64,000 nt of DNA. Source: a virus. The stretch's first letter is position 1. Each line of letters opens with the position of its first letter. Where the stretch lies: the IMG/VR virus record IMGVR_UViG_3300023184_000070, positions 22,776 through 86,775 of that record; one strand, 5' to 3'. Made by a program: the position numbers and the translations under genes. Below the pieces are notes generated by a model. That model searched no databases. It saw nothing but the letters and a program-made list of their open reading frames with translations, and was not told where the DNA came from. Positions 17,139 through 27,165 of the stretch are shown in pieces.

Positions 17139-18014
17139 ATGTCATTTTTAGATACTATTGGTAGCGCAGTTTCAGGTATTGCAAGTAGCAAATTTGGTGC
17201 TAGTGTTGGCAACATTTTAGACCCCAGTAATGCTCGACTGTCATTGACCAATTTACTCAAAGGTGGTACACAGAAAAAACCTAAAGTTGCTGAAACTCGT
17301 GTCAATGTCTTTGCTCCCGGATTGCCAAATGATGATTGGCGTATTAAAGTTACAGTTGGACAGAATTCTGGCATATTTTATCAAAACAGCGATGCTGGTA
17401 TTTTAACTCCATTGCAAAGCACCAAAGGTGTTGTATTTCCCTATACTCCGAGTATAACTACTAGTTTTAGTGCCGGATATACCGCACAAAAACTAACCCA
17501 CAGTAATTATCCTGCGTACTATTATGACAGCAGCGACACTGCCGCTATATCAATTACTGGCGACTTTACTGTACAAAATGTAACCGAAGGTCAATATCTG
17601 TTAGCATGTATTTATTTTTTCAGGGCTGCTACAAAAATGTTTTATGGATCTGGCAGTCACACCGGAAATCCGCCTCCTATATTATTTCTAGATGGGTATG
17701 GTAAACAGTATTTCCCGCATGTGCCTTGTGTGCTAACTTCCTTTACACATACCATGCCAGCTGACGTTGATTATATTCAAATTCCCGGATCCGAGCCGTT
17801 AACTGGTAAACCAAAGAGCGCACTGCAAGATCCACAACAAAGTTCCCAAGAAAATTTAATTAACACTGCTAGGACAGTTTCACAATTGACTCGAGTTCCA
17901 ACAAATAGCCAAATTCAAATAACATTACAACCGGTATACAGTCGCAGAAGCATTGCTGATTTTGACCTTGAACAATTTGCTCAGGGTCGGTTATTAGATC
18001 GAGGATTCCTATAA
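17139..18014 (+). CDS. Baseplate/tail-tube initiator-like protein (gp48/gp54-like)
   Basis: First gene of the baseplate operon after TAAATA at 17114-17119; 'FPYTP...THSNY...ISITGDFT' pattern. Confidence 0.6.
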   Translation: MSFLDTIGSAVSGIASSKFGASVGNILDPSNARLSLTNLLKGGTQKKPKVAETRVNVFAPGLPNDDWRIKVTVGQNSGIFYQNSDAGILTPLQSTKGVVFPYTPSITTSFSAGYTAQKLTHSNYPAYYYDSSDTAAISITGDFTVQNVTEGQYLLACIYFFRAATKMFYGSGSHTGNPPPILFLDGYGKQYFPHVPCVLTSFTHTMPADVDYIQIPGSEPLTGKPKSALQDPQQSSQENLINTARTVSQLTRVPTNSQIQITLQPVYSRRSIADFDLEQFAQGRLLDRGFL

Positions 18015-18313
18015 TGGCGGTATATTCAAAAACAAGCCCGTATCACGAAACCCAACAATTTGGTCCTTTCTTAGATACTTTAACCTATCGTAGTATTCCT
18101 AAAAACATCAACGATACCAGTTATACCATAGATGAAATTTATAATTTAAAACCACAACTGTTGGCGTTTGACTTATACGGTGATCCTGCACTGTGGTGGG
18201 TATTTGCCAGCAGAAATCCAAACGTATTAATAGATCCACTTTTTAGTTTTGTATCGGGCACAACAATTTTTATTCCTTCTAAAGACACACTAATATCAAC
18301 CTTAGGCCTGTAA
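18014..18313 (+). CDS. gp53: Baseplate wedge protein (gp53-like, LysM-like)
   Basis: 'P.LLA.DLYG...LWWVFA..N' motif. Confidence 0.8.
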   Translation: MAVYSKTSPYHETQQFGPFLDTLTYRSIPKNINDTSYTIDEIYNLKPQLLAFDLYGDPALWWVFASRNPNVLIDPLFSFVSGTTIFIPSKDTLISTLGL

Positions 18314-18314
18314 T

Positions 18315-21125
18315 ATGGACAATGGCGCTTATAAAAAATATTTAGAAAAACAAAGACAGGCCGAAATTAAAGCCAATGCTGAAAAAGGCAAAAAAGCCGC
18401 TGACGAAGAACGTAAAAAGTTAGCTTTAGAAAACGAACATAATAACCAACAGGCATCAGCAAGAATTAATCGTCAAGGCGCAGCTCAGTCCTTACCACCA
18501 CCATCAACCTCAACTAATTCTGCAGGCAAAGTTGGCGGCAGGAAAATCACTAAAGAAGAGTGGGACGCAGCAAAAGCAGCAGCAGGAGAACAGCAAACTA
18601 CCGACGCCGACGAATCTGCAGCCGAGACCGCTAGACTTGCAAGAAAAGAAAAAGAACTAGTAGTTGAGTCAAACAAATATGTAGAGTTTGAACCAAGATC
18701 AAATTTATTATTAGAATATGCAGACTACACCTATAGTTTAAGTTTACACATAATTCCACCTAAAAAGTATAACGATATGGTGTTAACACCGGGGTATGTT
18801 TATAATACCATGTGGGATCCATTTTTTACCAGCTCTTCAAAAAAATCTGGTGTTAGAAAAATTAGTAAAGAAGAATGGGATAGAGGAGTAGCAATAACTG
18901 ACGCCTCTACAGGAAACACTGGTACTTTGCAAGGCCTAGTGGGCACAGTGTTAATTTCCAGCGCCGGCCGCCGCGGCGATCAGTATAATAGACATCCTGC
19001 GTTTAAAGAAGATTTTTATTTTGAAAATCTAACAATGAAAACCATAGTAGGTATGAATGTCCGCACAAAAAATACCAATGCTATCGAAATGAGTTTTACT
19101 ATAATTGAGCCATATGGCGTGACTTTACTGGATCGCTTACTGGAAGTAACAAAACAAATTGGTACTAAAAGTTGGATGCAGATCCCTTACATGCTACAGG
19201 TGGACTTTTTAGGTAATAATTCCGCTGGTGAGTTATTGACGCCAATCCCAAATCAAACCAAATACATACCTATTAGAATACTTGCTTGTAAAATAAACAT
19301 TTCTACCAAGGGCGCAGAGTATCAAATACAAGCGGTGCCATTTGGTCAACAAGCATTCACTGAAAGTATTGGTAGCACTCCGGCTATATTAGAAGTACAA
19401 GCATCAACTGTTGGAGAATTTTTCAGTAGTAAAGGCAATGCCGGACAGGCCAGTTCTATAATTGCGGTGCAGCAATTAGATAAAGAACGTCTTGATGGAA
19501 TTTATAAAGAAGTTGCAGCTGAAAAAAAGAAAACCAATCCCGATGACAAGCGTGTGGCAGATTTGCAGTCAAAAGCCGATTCAGTTACCAAAGATCTAGC
19601 AAAAACTCCGTACATAGTCGGCAGCTATGCTGCGGCAATGAATAGTTACCAGTCCCAGCTGGCGACAACCGGACACTCACAACATGCCGAAATTTATGAA
19701 TTTGATATCCATCCTGACATAGCAAAATCAAAAATAGTAATACCAAAAACCACTACATCTGCAAGCACTGCAATGACAGACCCAGTTAAAGCATTGCGCA
19801 ACAATGCTAAAATATCCAACGTTGGTATTGATCAATCTAAATCGGGGTTCAGCATAAATGCCGGAACATCAATCATTGAAGTTATTAACATGGTTATGCG
19901 AGCCAGTGATCTTATAAGAGATCAAATTTACGATCCCGCTACAGATGCTAAAAAAATAACTAAAGATAAAAATGATCCCATGACATGGTTTAAAATAACC
20001 AGTACTGTGGAATTATTAGAGTTTGATTCTATTAGAGATACGTATAGTAAAAAAATTACATACCATATTATGCCTACGGCTATCTTTAATACAAAATTTC
20101 CAAATGCACCAAAGTCGGAACCAAAATCAGTTACTAAACAATATCATTATATGTATAGTGGCCAGAACGATAGTATCATTGAATTTAGTTTAGATTTTGA
20201 TACTATGTTTTATACTGCAATCACTGCTGATCGTAGTAAAATTCAACAAACCGAAGTGCAACAAGAAAATCCTGATGGCACTAGGCAATCGTTAAACAAT
20301 TCAACTGGCCCGGTACAAATAACCAACCATCAAATAAAATTAGTGGCGGGTCATGCAGATATACCTCGTGCAGCCAATCCTGATAGTAAAGCTGCATTAG
20401 TTACTGATTTTTATAAAAGCACGTTAAGCTCAAGTCGCGGGGATATGATCAACGTTAAACTTAAAATTTTAGGTGATCCAGAATTTATCAAACAAGATGA
20501 TATATTTTTTAATCCTCGAACCAACCCCGATCAAAACAGTGGTAAACTGATTGATAAAAACGGCAGTATAATGTTTGATAGTGCTGAACGATTTGTATTA
20601 CTAACCTTCAACACCCCAGTAGATGTAGACCCCGAATCAGGATTAATGGTAGTTGATTCAAAATATACTACCAGTGCATTTAGTGGTATATACAAAATTA
20701 TCACTGTCGACAATGAGTTTGCTGGTGGATCATTTACCCAGACTCTAGACCTTATTAGAATTTTTGAAAATTTTAACGGGGTCGAGCCTGAGGTACGCCA
20801 ACCTGAGTTAACTACTATACCTCAAAATAAAACTGAAGAAACCGCAGTTAGAACTGGTGTGAATTTAAGTAATACCACTAGTGGCAGCAGCCGCGGCAAA
20901 GTGAACCCTTCTTCTAGTCTAGAGTCTGCAGGATACCCAGAAGCATACAGCGATCCCATGGGCAGCGGTGACGGCGCAGCTATCATGCACGAGGCCAGGC
21001 AATCAACGCCTCCCCCACCTCCACCAAAACCAGTCAGTACAGGACTACCAGACCCAGTCAAAGATCCCAAAGGGTATAAAGCCGAAATCAATAGACGACT
21101 TAAAAACAAGTACGGTAGTAATTAA
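18315..21125 (+). CDS. Baseplate hub protein (gp27-like) with low-complexity extensions
   Basis: Lies between gp53 and gp5; C-terminal 'I.GDP..I...SG.Y.I..V...F..G.FTQ.L.L.R' hub pattern. Confidence 0.65.
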   Translation: MDNGAYKKYLEKQRQAEIKANAEKGKKAADEERKKLALENEHNNQQASARINRQGAAQSLPPPSTSTNSAGKVGGRKITKEEWDAAKAAAGEQQTTDADESAAETARLARKEKELVVESNKYVEFEPRSNLLLEYADYTYSLSLHIIPPKKYNDMVLTPGYVYNTMWDPFFTSSSKKSGVRKISKEEWDRGVAITDASTGNTGTLQGLVGTVLISSAGRRGDQYNRHPAFKEDFYFENLTMKTIVGMNVRTKNTNAIEMSFTIIEPYGVTLLDRLLEVTKQIGTKSWMQIPYMLQVDFLGNNSAGELLTPIPNQTKYIPIRILACKINISTKGAEYQIQAVPFGQQAFTESIGSTPAILEVQASTVGEFFSSKGNAGQASSIIAVQQLDKERLDGIYKEVAAEKKKTNPDDKRVADLQSKADSVTKDLAKTPYIVGSYAAAMNSYQSQLATTGHSQHAEIYEFDIHPDIAKSKIVIPKTTTSASTAMTDPVKALRNNAKISNVGIDQSKSGFSINAGTSIIEVINMVMRASDLIRDQIYDPATDAKKITKDKNDPMTWFKITSTVELLEFDSIRDTYSKKITYHIMPTAIFNTKFPNAPKSEPKSVTKQYHYMYSGQNDSIIEFSLDFDTMFYTAITADRSKIQQTEVQQENPDGTRQSLNNSTGPVQITNHQIKLVAGHADIPRAANPDSKAALVTDFYKSTLSSSRGDMINVKLKILGDPEFIKQDDIFFNPRTNPDQNSGKLIDKNGSIMFDSAERFVLLTFNTPVDVDPESGLMVVDSKYTTSAFSGIYKIITVDNEFAGGSFTQTLDLIRIFENFNGVEPEVRQPELTTIPQNKTEETAVRTGVNLSNTTSGSSRGKVNPSSSLESAGYPEAYSDPMGSGDGAAIMHEARQSTPPPPPPKPVSTGLPDPVKDPKGYKAEINRRLKNKYGSN

Positions 21126-21139
21126 TCAAGGACATCAAC

Positions 21140-23353
21140 ATGCGAGATAAAAGAATAGGCAAGAAACCACCAGATCATTTCTTACGGGAAGCGTCTAGTG
21201 CTAGATTAGACAGCGGCCCGTTTATTGGTAAGGTAAAAAATAATCTAGATCCTACTAGGAGCGGACGAATGGATGTTTGGATTGCTGATTTAGGAGCAGG
21301 TGATGAAGCTAATCCTGAAAATTGGCGTACAGTGTCTTATGCTAGTCCGTTTTTTGGTAGCACATATCAACCAGACACTACCAAAGCAAATTCCTACAGT
21401 AAAGTGCGGCATACTTACGGCTTTTGGGCCGTCCCTCCGGACATAGGAGTGTTTGTGCTTTGTACATTTGTTGCCGGAGATCCTGAGCGCGGCTTTTGGT
21501 TTGCCTGTGTACCAAATACCCTAGGAAATCATATGGTGCCCGGTATTGCTGGTAGTAGCAATAAAGATACATCAACTCTTGAAGATTCTTCTTTATTGGC
21601 ATCTATAGATAAAACAACTATTGTGGCAGAATTTAACGAAAACAGTGAACCAGACTGGACAAATTTTCCAAACATTAAAAAACCAGTACACGAACATCAA
21701 TTAAAAGTACTACGGGCACAGGGACTAGAAAAAGATTTTATTCGTGGTATAATATCCAGTAGTTCTCAGCGCGAAATGCCCAGCGCAGTTTTTGGTATAA
21801 GCACCCCTGGTCGCCCTATCAATGACCCAACACCAGACCCCGACTTCCAAAAAAAATTAGTATCTGGTGATCTAAATCCTGTAGACTATGCTGTTGCAGC
21901 CCGCCGAGGCGGTCATCAGTTTGTCATGGATGACGGAGATTTAAACGACAAAGATCGTTTAATTCGATTACGCACTGCCGGCGGTCATCAATTGTTAATG
22001 AACGATAGCGAAAAAATAATTTATATTGGCAACAGCAATGGCAGTGTGTGGGTTGAATTAACTGGAGAAGGCCACTTAAACATATACTCTGCAGATAGCA
22101 TTAATGTACGTGCAGGGGTTGATTTGAATTTTCATGCTGATAATAATATAAATTTTAATGCCGGTCAAAATATAAATGTCAGTGCAGGAAAAACTCTTGT
22201 TGCACAAAGCCCTGACATTAATTTAAATTCAGTTCAGGGATTAACAATGTATGGTGGCCAAGTAAATATTGGCAGCGATGGCGGATTAAATCTAAACGCG
22301 AATGGGGTAACTTCAATAAACGGTAGTGCCGGAACTAGGATTACTGGCGCTAAAGTAACGTTAAACGAGGGAGGAACCGTTGGAGTAGCACGACCCACAG
22401 CACTTAAAATTAATAAATTAAGTGATACTGGTAAACAAGGGTTGGTGTGGAAAAGTGTAGATGGAGCATTAGAAACTATAGTTCCGATAGCACCGACCCA
22501 CGAGCCATGGAAATTACATCAAACTATAGCACCAGTTACACAGGCAGTGGTTCCGGCAGCAACACCTGCCGCAACACCTGCTGCAACACCAGCCGCGACA
22601 CCTGCTGCAACACCAGCCGCGACACCTGCTGCAACACCAGCCGCGGCAGCACCTGTGGCTGCTAAACCTGCTAAAGCTAGCCCACTAGAAAAACCAATAC
22701 CGATAGTTGAGTGTGAAGGCAAAGGCGTTATTGCACTAGCAGATCAAGGTCCAAAAGCCGCAGTAGGAAAACCTGTGCGTAAGCCATTAAATAAAAAATA
22801 TCTAGCCAGGCCTGATGCCCCCAACCCACCAGCTGGTATTGGCCCACTACCAAAATCACATACCAAAGCAGTATTTGCACAGCTGGCTTGGAGCGAGAGT
22901 ACTTGGAATTACACAACAGTAAACGAATTAAACTATATAGGCAAATATCAAATGGGTGCAATTGCATTGACTACATTAGGATATATTAAAAATGATGCCT
23001 ATAAGCAGTACGGAAATAAGGCAATGAATTATACAACCAGCTGGACTACTAAAGCAAATACGGCAGGTATTGCGTCAAAAGAAGATTTTTTAAACAATCC
23101 TGCGTTCCAAGAAAAAGTAATGATGGAAAATACTTTGTTTAATTACAAAAGTTTGAGTCAAAAAGGCGCAATTAAAGAGGGCGATGATTTGTGTACAGTT
23201 GCTGGAATGATATGTGCAAGCCACCTAATTGGCGCCGGTGCGGCAAGTACCTGGCGTAAAACAGGCGAAGGTAGTGATGCTAATGGAACAACTGGTACTG
23301 ATTATTTTAATATGGGAAGATATGCGGTTGACGTTTTAGCAGCCACGACATAG
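21140..23353 (+). CDS. gp5: Baseplate central spike (gp5/VgrG-like) with C-terminal lysozyme-like domain
   Basis: OB-fold 'DP.RSGR..VWI', 'PPDIG..V', beta-helix repeats; C-terminal 'ES..NY...N...YIGKYQMG' muramidase-like motif. Confidence 0.85.
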   Translation: MRDKRIGKKPPDHFLREASSARLDSGPFIGKVKNNLDPTRSGRMDVWIADLGAGDEANPENWRTVSYASPFFGSTYQPDTTKANSYSKVRHTYGFWAVPPDIGVFVLCTFVAGDPERGFWFACVPNTLGNHMVPGIAGSSNKDTSTLEDSSLLASIDKTTIVAEFNENSEPDWTNFPNIKKPVHEHQLKVLRAQGLEKDFIRGIISSSSQREMPSAVFGISTPGRPINDPTPDPDFQKKLVSGDLNPVDYAVAARRGGHQFVMDDGDLNDKDRLIRLRTAGGHQLLMNDSEKIIYIGNSNGSVWVELTGEGHLNIYSADSINVRAGVDLNFHADNNINFNAGQNINVSAGKTLVAQSPDINLNSVQGLTMYGGQVNIGSDGGLNLNANGVTSINGSAGTRITGAKVTLNEGGTVGVARPTALKINKLSDTGKQGLVWKSVDGALETIVPIAPTHEPWKLHQTIAPVTQAVVPAATPAATPAATPAATPAATPAATPAATPAAAAPVAAKPAKASPLEKPIPIVECEGKGVIALADQGPKAAVGKPVRKPLNKKYLARPDAPNPPAGIGPLPKSHTKAVFAQLAWSESTWNYTTVNELNYIGKYQMGAIALTTLGYIKNDAYKQYGNKAMNYTTSWTTKANTAGIASKEDFLNNPAFQEKVMMENTLFNYKSLSQKGAIKEGDDLCTVAGMICASHLIGAGAASTWRKTGEGSDANGTTGTDYFNMGRYAVDVLAATT
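22553..22655 (+). repeat. 12-bp coding tandem repeat (PAAT x7)
   Basis: CCWGCNGCRACA units encoding a Pro/Ala/Thr linker. Confidence 0.9.
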
Positions 23354-23366
23354 GGTTAAATACATT

Positions 23367-23744
23367 ATGATCACGTATAAAGGTTTTAGTACTTACAATA
23401 GATTCAAAAAGTTTCGCTTAACTGATTTTGAACTGGCTAAACAAGATTTGTTTAATCATTTTCATATACGCAAGGGCGAAAAATTAATGAATCCCAACTT
23501 TGGCACCATAATATGGGATGTGCTGTTTGAGCCTTTCACTGAAGAAATTAAGCAATTAATTGTTAACGATGTAACTCGCGTGGCAAAGTACGACCCTAGA
23601 CTATCAATCAGTGATATTGTAGTAACACAATACCAATACGGGATACAAATTGAGTTAGCATTAACTTATATTCCAACAAATCAAACACAGGCAATGGCCG
23701 TTTCTTTCAATCAAAAGCTAAATTCTATGTCAGTTGACAATTAA
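23367..23744 (+). CDS. gp25: Baseplate wedge protein (gp25 family)
   Basis: 'GEKLMNPNFG..I...LFEP...YDPR' motif. Confidence 0.92.
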   Translation: MITYKGFSTYNRFKKFRLTDFELAKQDLFNHFHIRKGEKLMNPNFGTIIWDVLFEPFTEEIKQLIVNDVTRVAKYDPRLSISDIVVTQYQYGIQIELALTYIPTNQTQAMAVSFNQKLNSMSVDN

Positions 23745-23763
23745 CTGCGTGTATTATAAATGC

Positions 23764-23771
23764 TATAAATA
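23764..23771 (+). promoter_or_regulatory. T4-type late promoter TATAAATA upstream of gp6
   Basis: Exact consensus in the intergenic gap. Confidence 0.75.
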
Positions 23772-23790
23772 TTAAATACCGGACAATACA

Positions 23791-26700
23791 ATGGCCATTA
23801 ACACAAGACAACACAGTTTACTAGTAGCTGACAATTGGAAGAAGATATATCAAACTTTCCAAGAAGCAGACTTTACTAGTTACGATTTTGAAACGCTGCG
23901 CAAAAGCATGATTGATTACCTCAGGATATATTACCCTGAGGACTTTAATGATTTTACTGAAAGCAGTGAGTTTATTGCCTTAATTGACTTGATCGCGTTC
24001 CTAGGACAAAGTCTAGCCTTCAGAGCAGACTTAAACACTAGAGAAAATTTTATCGACACCGCTGAACGCAGAGACAGCATATTAAAACTAGCTAGATTGG
24101 TAAGCTATAATCCTAAACGTAATATACCTGCAAGTGGACTATTAAAGATTGAAAGTGTAAACACCACCGAAACAGTATATGATAGCAACGGGCTTAATTT
24201 AAGCGGTTCTAATATCAATTGGAGCGACAGCAGCAACGATAACTGGTACGAACAATTTGTAACAATTTTAAATGCAGCATTAGCCACTAGCCAAGTAGTA
24301 GGCAAACCTGGAAATACGCAAACTATCAACGGGGTGCGTACAGAAGAGTACGGTTTAAATCTTATATCAAATATACTTGGAACTTATAAATTTGAAACTC
24401 AAATTGAAGGTAGCAAAATTGATTTTGAAGCAGTTAGCGCATCCAGCATTGGCAAGAATTATATTTACGAAGCGGCACCTAAGGCTAACTCGTTGTTTAA
24501 TATTTTATACCGCAACGACAATTACGGTAATGGCTCAAACAACACTGGATTTTTTATTTACTTTAAACAAGGCACATTAGACAGTCAAGATTTTTCATTA
24601 ACTGATTCAATCCCTAATAGGATAGTGGCGTTCAACAACAATAACGTTAACAATACTGACACATGGCTCTATAGCTTAACCACCAACGGAACTGTGCAGG
24701 ACTTATGGACTGGTGTACCGGCAGTGGCAGGAATAAATGTCATTTATAATAAATTATCTGCAAGGAACCTTTATCAAGTTAATTCTCGAGCAGGAGATCA
24801 AATTGATTTAGTTTTCGGAGACGGTAGCTTTGCTAATATCCCACAAGGAAACTTTAGGCTTTACTATAGAAGCAGCAACGGACTAAGTTATAAGATAACG
24901 CCCGATGAAATGCAAAACATTGTTATACCTTTTAATTATGTCAGCAGATCAGGCAGAGCTGAAACATTAATTATTCGTGCCAGCTTAAAGTATACAGTGA
25001 CTAACGCAGCAGCAAGGGAAACATCTGACGAAATACGTCAACGTGCGCCGCAAGCATACTATACTCAAAATAGAATGATTACTGGTGAAGACTATAACAT
25101 AGTACCATTTACCAGCTTCAGCAATATAATTAAAGTTAAAAGTATTAATCGCACCAGCTCGGGGATCAGCCGATTCTTGGATGCACTAGACACAACGGGG
25201 AAATTTTCAAGCACTAACATCATTGGCAGTGACGGCATATTGTATGCTAATTATTTTACAAGAAATTTTAAAACTAATTTAGTTTCATTTGCAGATATTA
25301 ATAAGATGATAACTCAAAAAATTGTCAGTGAGATAATTGCGTCAAATGAAACCAAGCATCTTTATTATTCTGAATTTCCTGCATATACATTAGCTGGATA
25401 TTCTTGGAATCTAAGCACCACTGGATCTAATAGTGCCACTGGTTACTTTGTTAAAAATTTAAAGCCGGCGCAAGTGGGCGGAGTAGTAAAAGACACCGCA
25501 ACTTATATTAGGAAAGGTGCAGTTATTAGATTTGATGCACCACCTAACTATTATTTTGACAGTAACAACAATTTATTACCGGGCCAGGCAACTCAGCTGT
25601 CGGATCATTATTATCTTTATGCTAATATTGTTGAACTATTGGGTGATGGTACCAACAACGGAGTAGGCAATTATACCACCGGAATTGGCCCAGTGACTCT
25701 TAACATAAAAGTGCCAACCAATGCAGTTATTGGCATGATATATCCTATTTTTAAAAATAACTTTAATAGCTCTTTCATATCAAAGTTAACTAACTTGTTA
25801 CAGGGCTTTATAACTTTTGGTTTAACATATAACAAAGTTAAACAAGACTGGCAAATAATAACTGAACAAAATATTGGATCTGGTGAATTTAGTCTAGCCA
25901 ATCAAGGGGACACCAGTAGTACCGGCATTGATAACAGCTGGATTATTAAAGCAGTGTTTGCCAATTCAAGTTATACCATATACTACAGGGGACTAGAGTA
26001 CATTTTTCAAAGTGCTAGAGAAACCACATTCTTTTACGATGGAAAAACTAGAGTTTACGATAGCAAAACCGGAACAGTATTAAGAGATCAAATCACTGTC
26101 TTGAAATCAAATTCACAGGCAGATTCTGCTAGTGCATTGGGACAAGATTATGTATGGTACATTGATAAGAATATAATTGAGAACGATGGATATTCAAACA
26201 ATGATAAAATTTTAGTCACTTTCCAAGACAGTAACAGCGATTCGTTGCCTGATAATCCTTTGTTATTTAAATCTATTGTAGCGCCTGACGTTAATCCCAA
26301 TAACAAATTAGTTTATTTTAAAATTGTTGATGGATATGAAAAATTCAGTGAATTAATCCCAGTTGACAGCAATCTAATTAGCAACAAATTTGCCACAGAA
26401 CAAGACATTATAGCCAGCGCTGGGGTGTTTTTACCTGGACAATTATTTTATGCAACTGAAGAAAAATTATTTTTCCAACTAACAGGTCCCCAAACAGTAA
26501 CACGCCAACACAATTATCAAGCTAAGATTGGAAGACAAAATATTTCGTTTCAGTACCGCCATAATAGTCCTGATTATAGAAGAATTGATCCTTCTAATAG
26601 CAATATAATTGATTTATACTTGCTAACAGCTACCTATCAAACCAGTTATCAAAATTGGATTAAAGATACCAGCAACAGCATTGCAAAACCAATTGCGCCT

Positions 26701-27162
26701 ACTAGCCAAGAATTATCTATGGATTTTAGTTCGTTGAATGATCAACGCAGCGTAAGTGATACTATAATTTTTAATAGTGCAGTGTTTAAACCAATTTTTG
26801 GTAATAAATCTGAGTCTAATCTACAGGCAACATTTAAAGTAGTTAAAAATTCATCATTATCAATTAGTGATAATGATGTTAAATCATCAGTAGTTAATGC
26901 AATCAATACTTACTTTGATATTAATAATTGGGATTTTGGGGAAACATTTTATTTCAGTGAATTAAGCGCATATCTACACCAAGCGTTAACGCCCACAATA
27001 TCATCAATTGTAGTAGTACCATCTAACCCTAATGTGGGTTTTGGTAATTTGTATCAAATCAATGCTGAGCCATATGAAATTATCATTAGCGCAGCAACCG
27101 TAGAAAACGTAGAAATTATAACTTCAATTACAGCATCTCAGCTAAACATGGGACTAAATTAA
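23791..27162 (+). CDS. gp6: Baseplate wedge protein (gp6 family)
   Basis: 'DFE.LR..M..YL', 'ENFIDTA.RR.S...LA...YNP', 'FGDG', 'QNRMIT.EDY'. Confidence 0.92.
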   Translation: MAINTRQHSLLVADNWKKIYQTFQEADFTSYDFETLRKSMIDYLRIYYPEDFNDFTESSEFIALIDLIAFLGQSLAFRADLNTRENFIDTAERRDSILKLARLVSYNPKRNIPASGLLKIESVNTTETVYDSNGLNLSGSNINWSDSSNDNWYEQFVTILNAALATSQVVGKPGNTQTINGVRTEEYGLNLISNILGTYKFETQIEGSKIDFEAVSASSIGKNYIYEAAPKANSLFNILYRNDNYGNGSNNTGFFIYFKQGTLDSQDFSLTDSIPNRIVAFNNNNVNNTDTWLYSLTTNGTVQDLWTGVPAVAGINVIYNKLSARNLYQVNSRAGDQIDLVFGDGSFANIPQGNFRLYYRSSNGLSYKITPDEMQNIVIPFNYVSRSGRAETLIIRASLKYTVTNAAARETSDEIRQRAPQAYYTQNRMITGEDYNIVPFTSFSNIIKVKSINRTSSGISRFLDALDTTGKFSSTNIIGSDGILYANYFTRNFKTNLVSFADINKMITQKIVSEIIASNETKHLYYSEFPAYTLAGYSWNLSTTGSNSATGYFVKNLKPAQVGGVVKDTATYIRKGAVIRFDAPPNYYFDSNNNLLPGQATQLSDHYYLYANIVELLGDGTNNGVGNYTTGIGPVTLNIKVPTNAVIGMIYPIFKNNFNSSFISKLTNLLQGFITFGLTYNKVKQDWQIITEQNIGSGEFSLANQGDTSSTGIDNSWIIKAVFANSSYTIYYRGLEYIFQSARETTFFYDGKTRVYDSKTGTVLRDQITVLKSNSQADSASALGQDYVWYIDKNIIENDGYSNNDKILVTFQDSNSDSLPDNPLLFKSIVAPDVNPNNKLVYFKIVDGYEKFSELIPVDSNLISNKFATEQDIIASAGVFLPGQLFYATEEKLFFQLTGPQTVTRQHNYQAKIGRQNISFQYRHNSPDYRRIDPSNSNIIDLYLLTATYQTSYQNWIKDTSNSIAKPIAPTSQELSMDFSSLNDQRSVSDTIIFNSAVFKPIFGNKSESNLQATFKVVKNSSLSISDNDVKSSVVNAINTYFDINNWDFGETFYFSELSAYLHQALTPTISSIVVVPSNPNVGFGNLYQINAEPYEIIISAATVENVEIITSITASQLNMGLN

Positions 27163-27165
27163 TAT

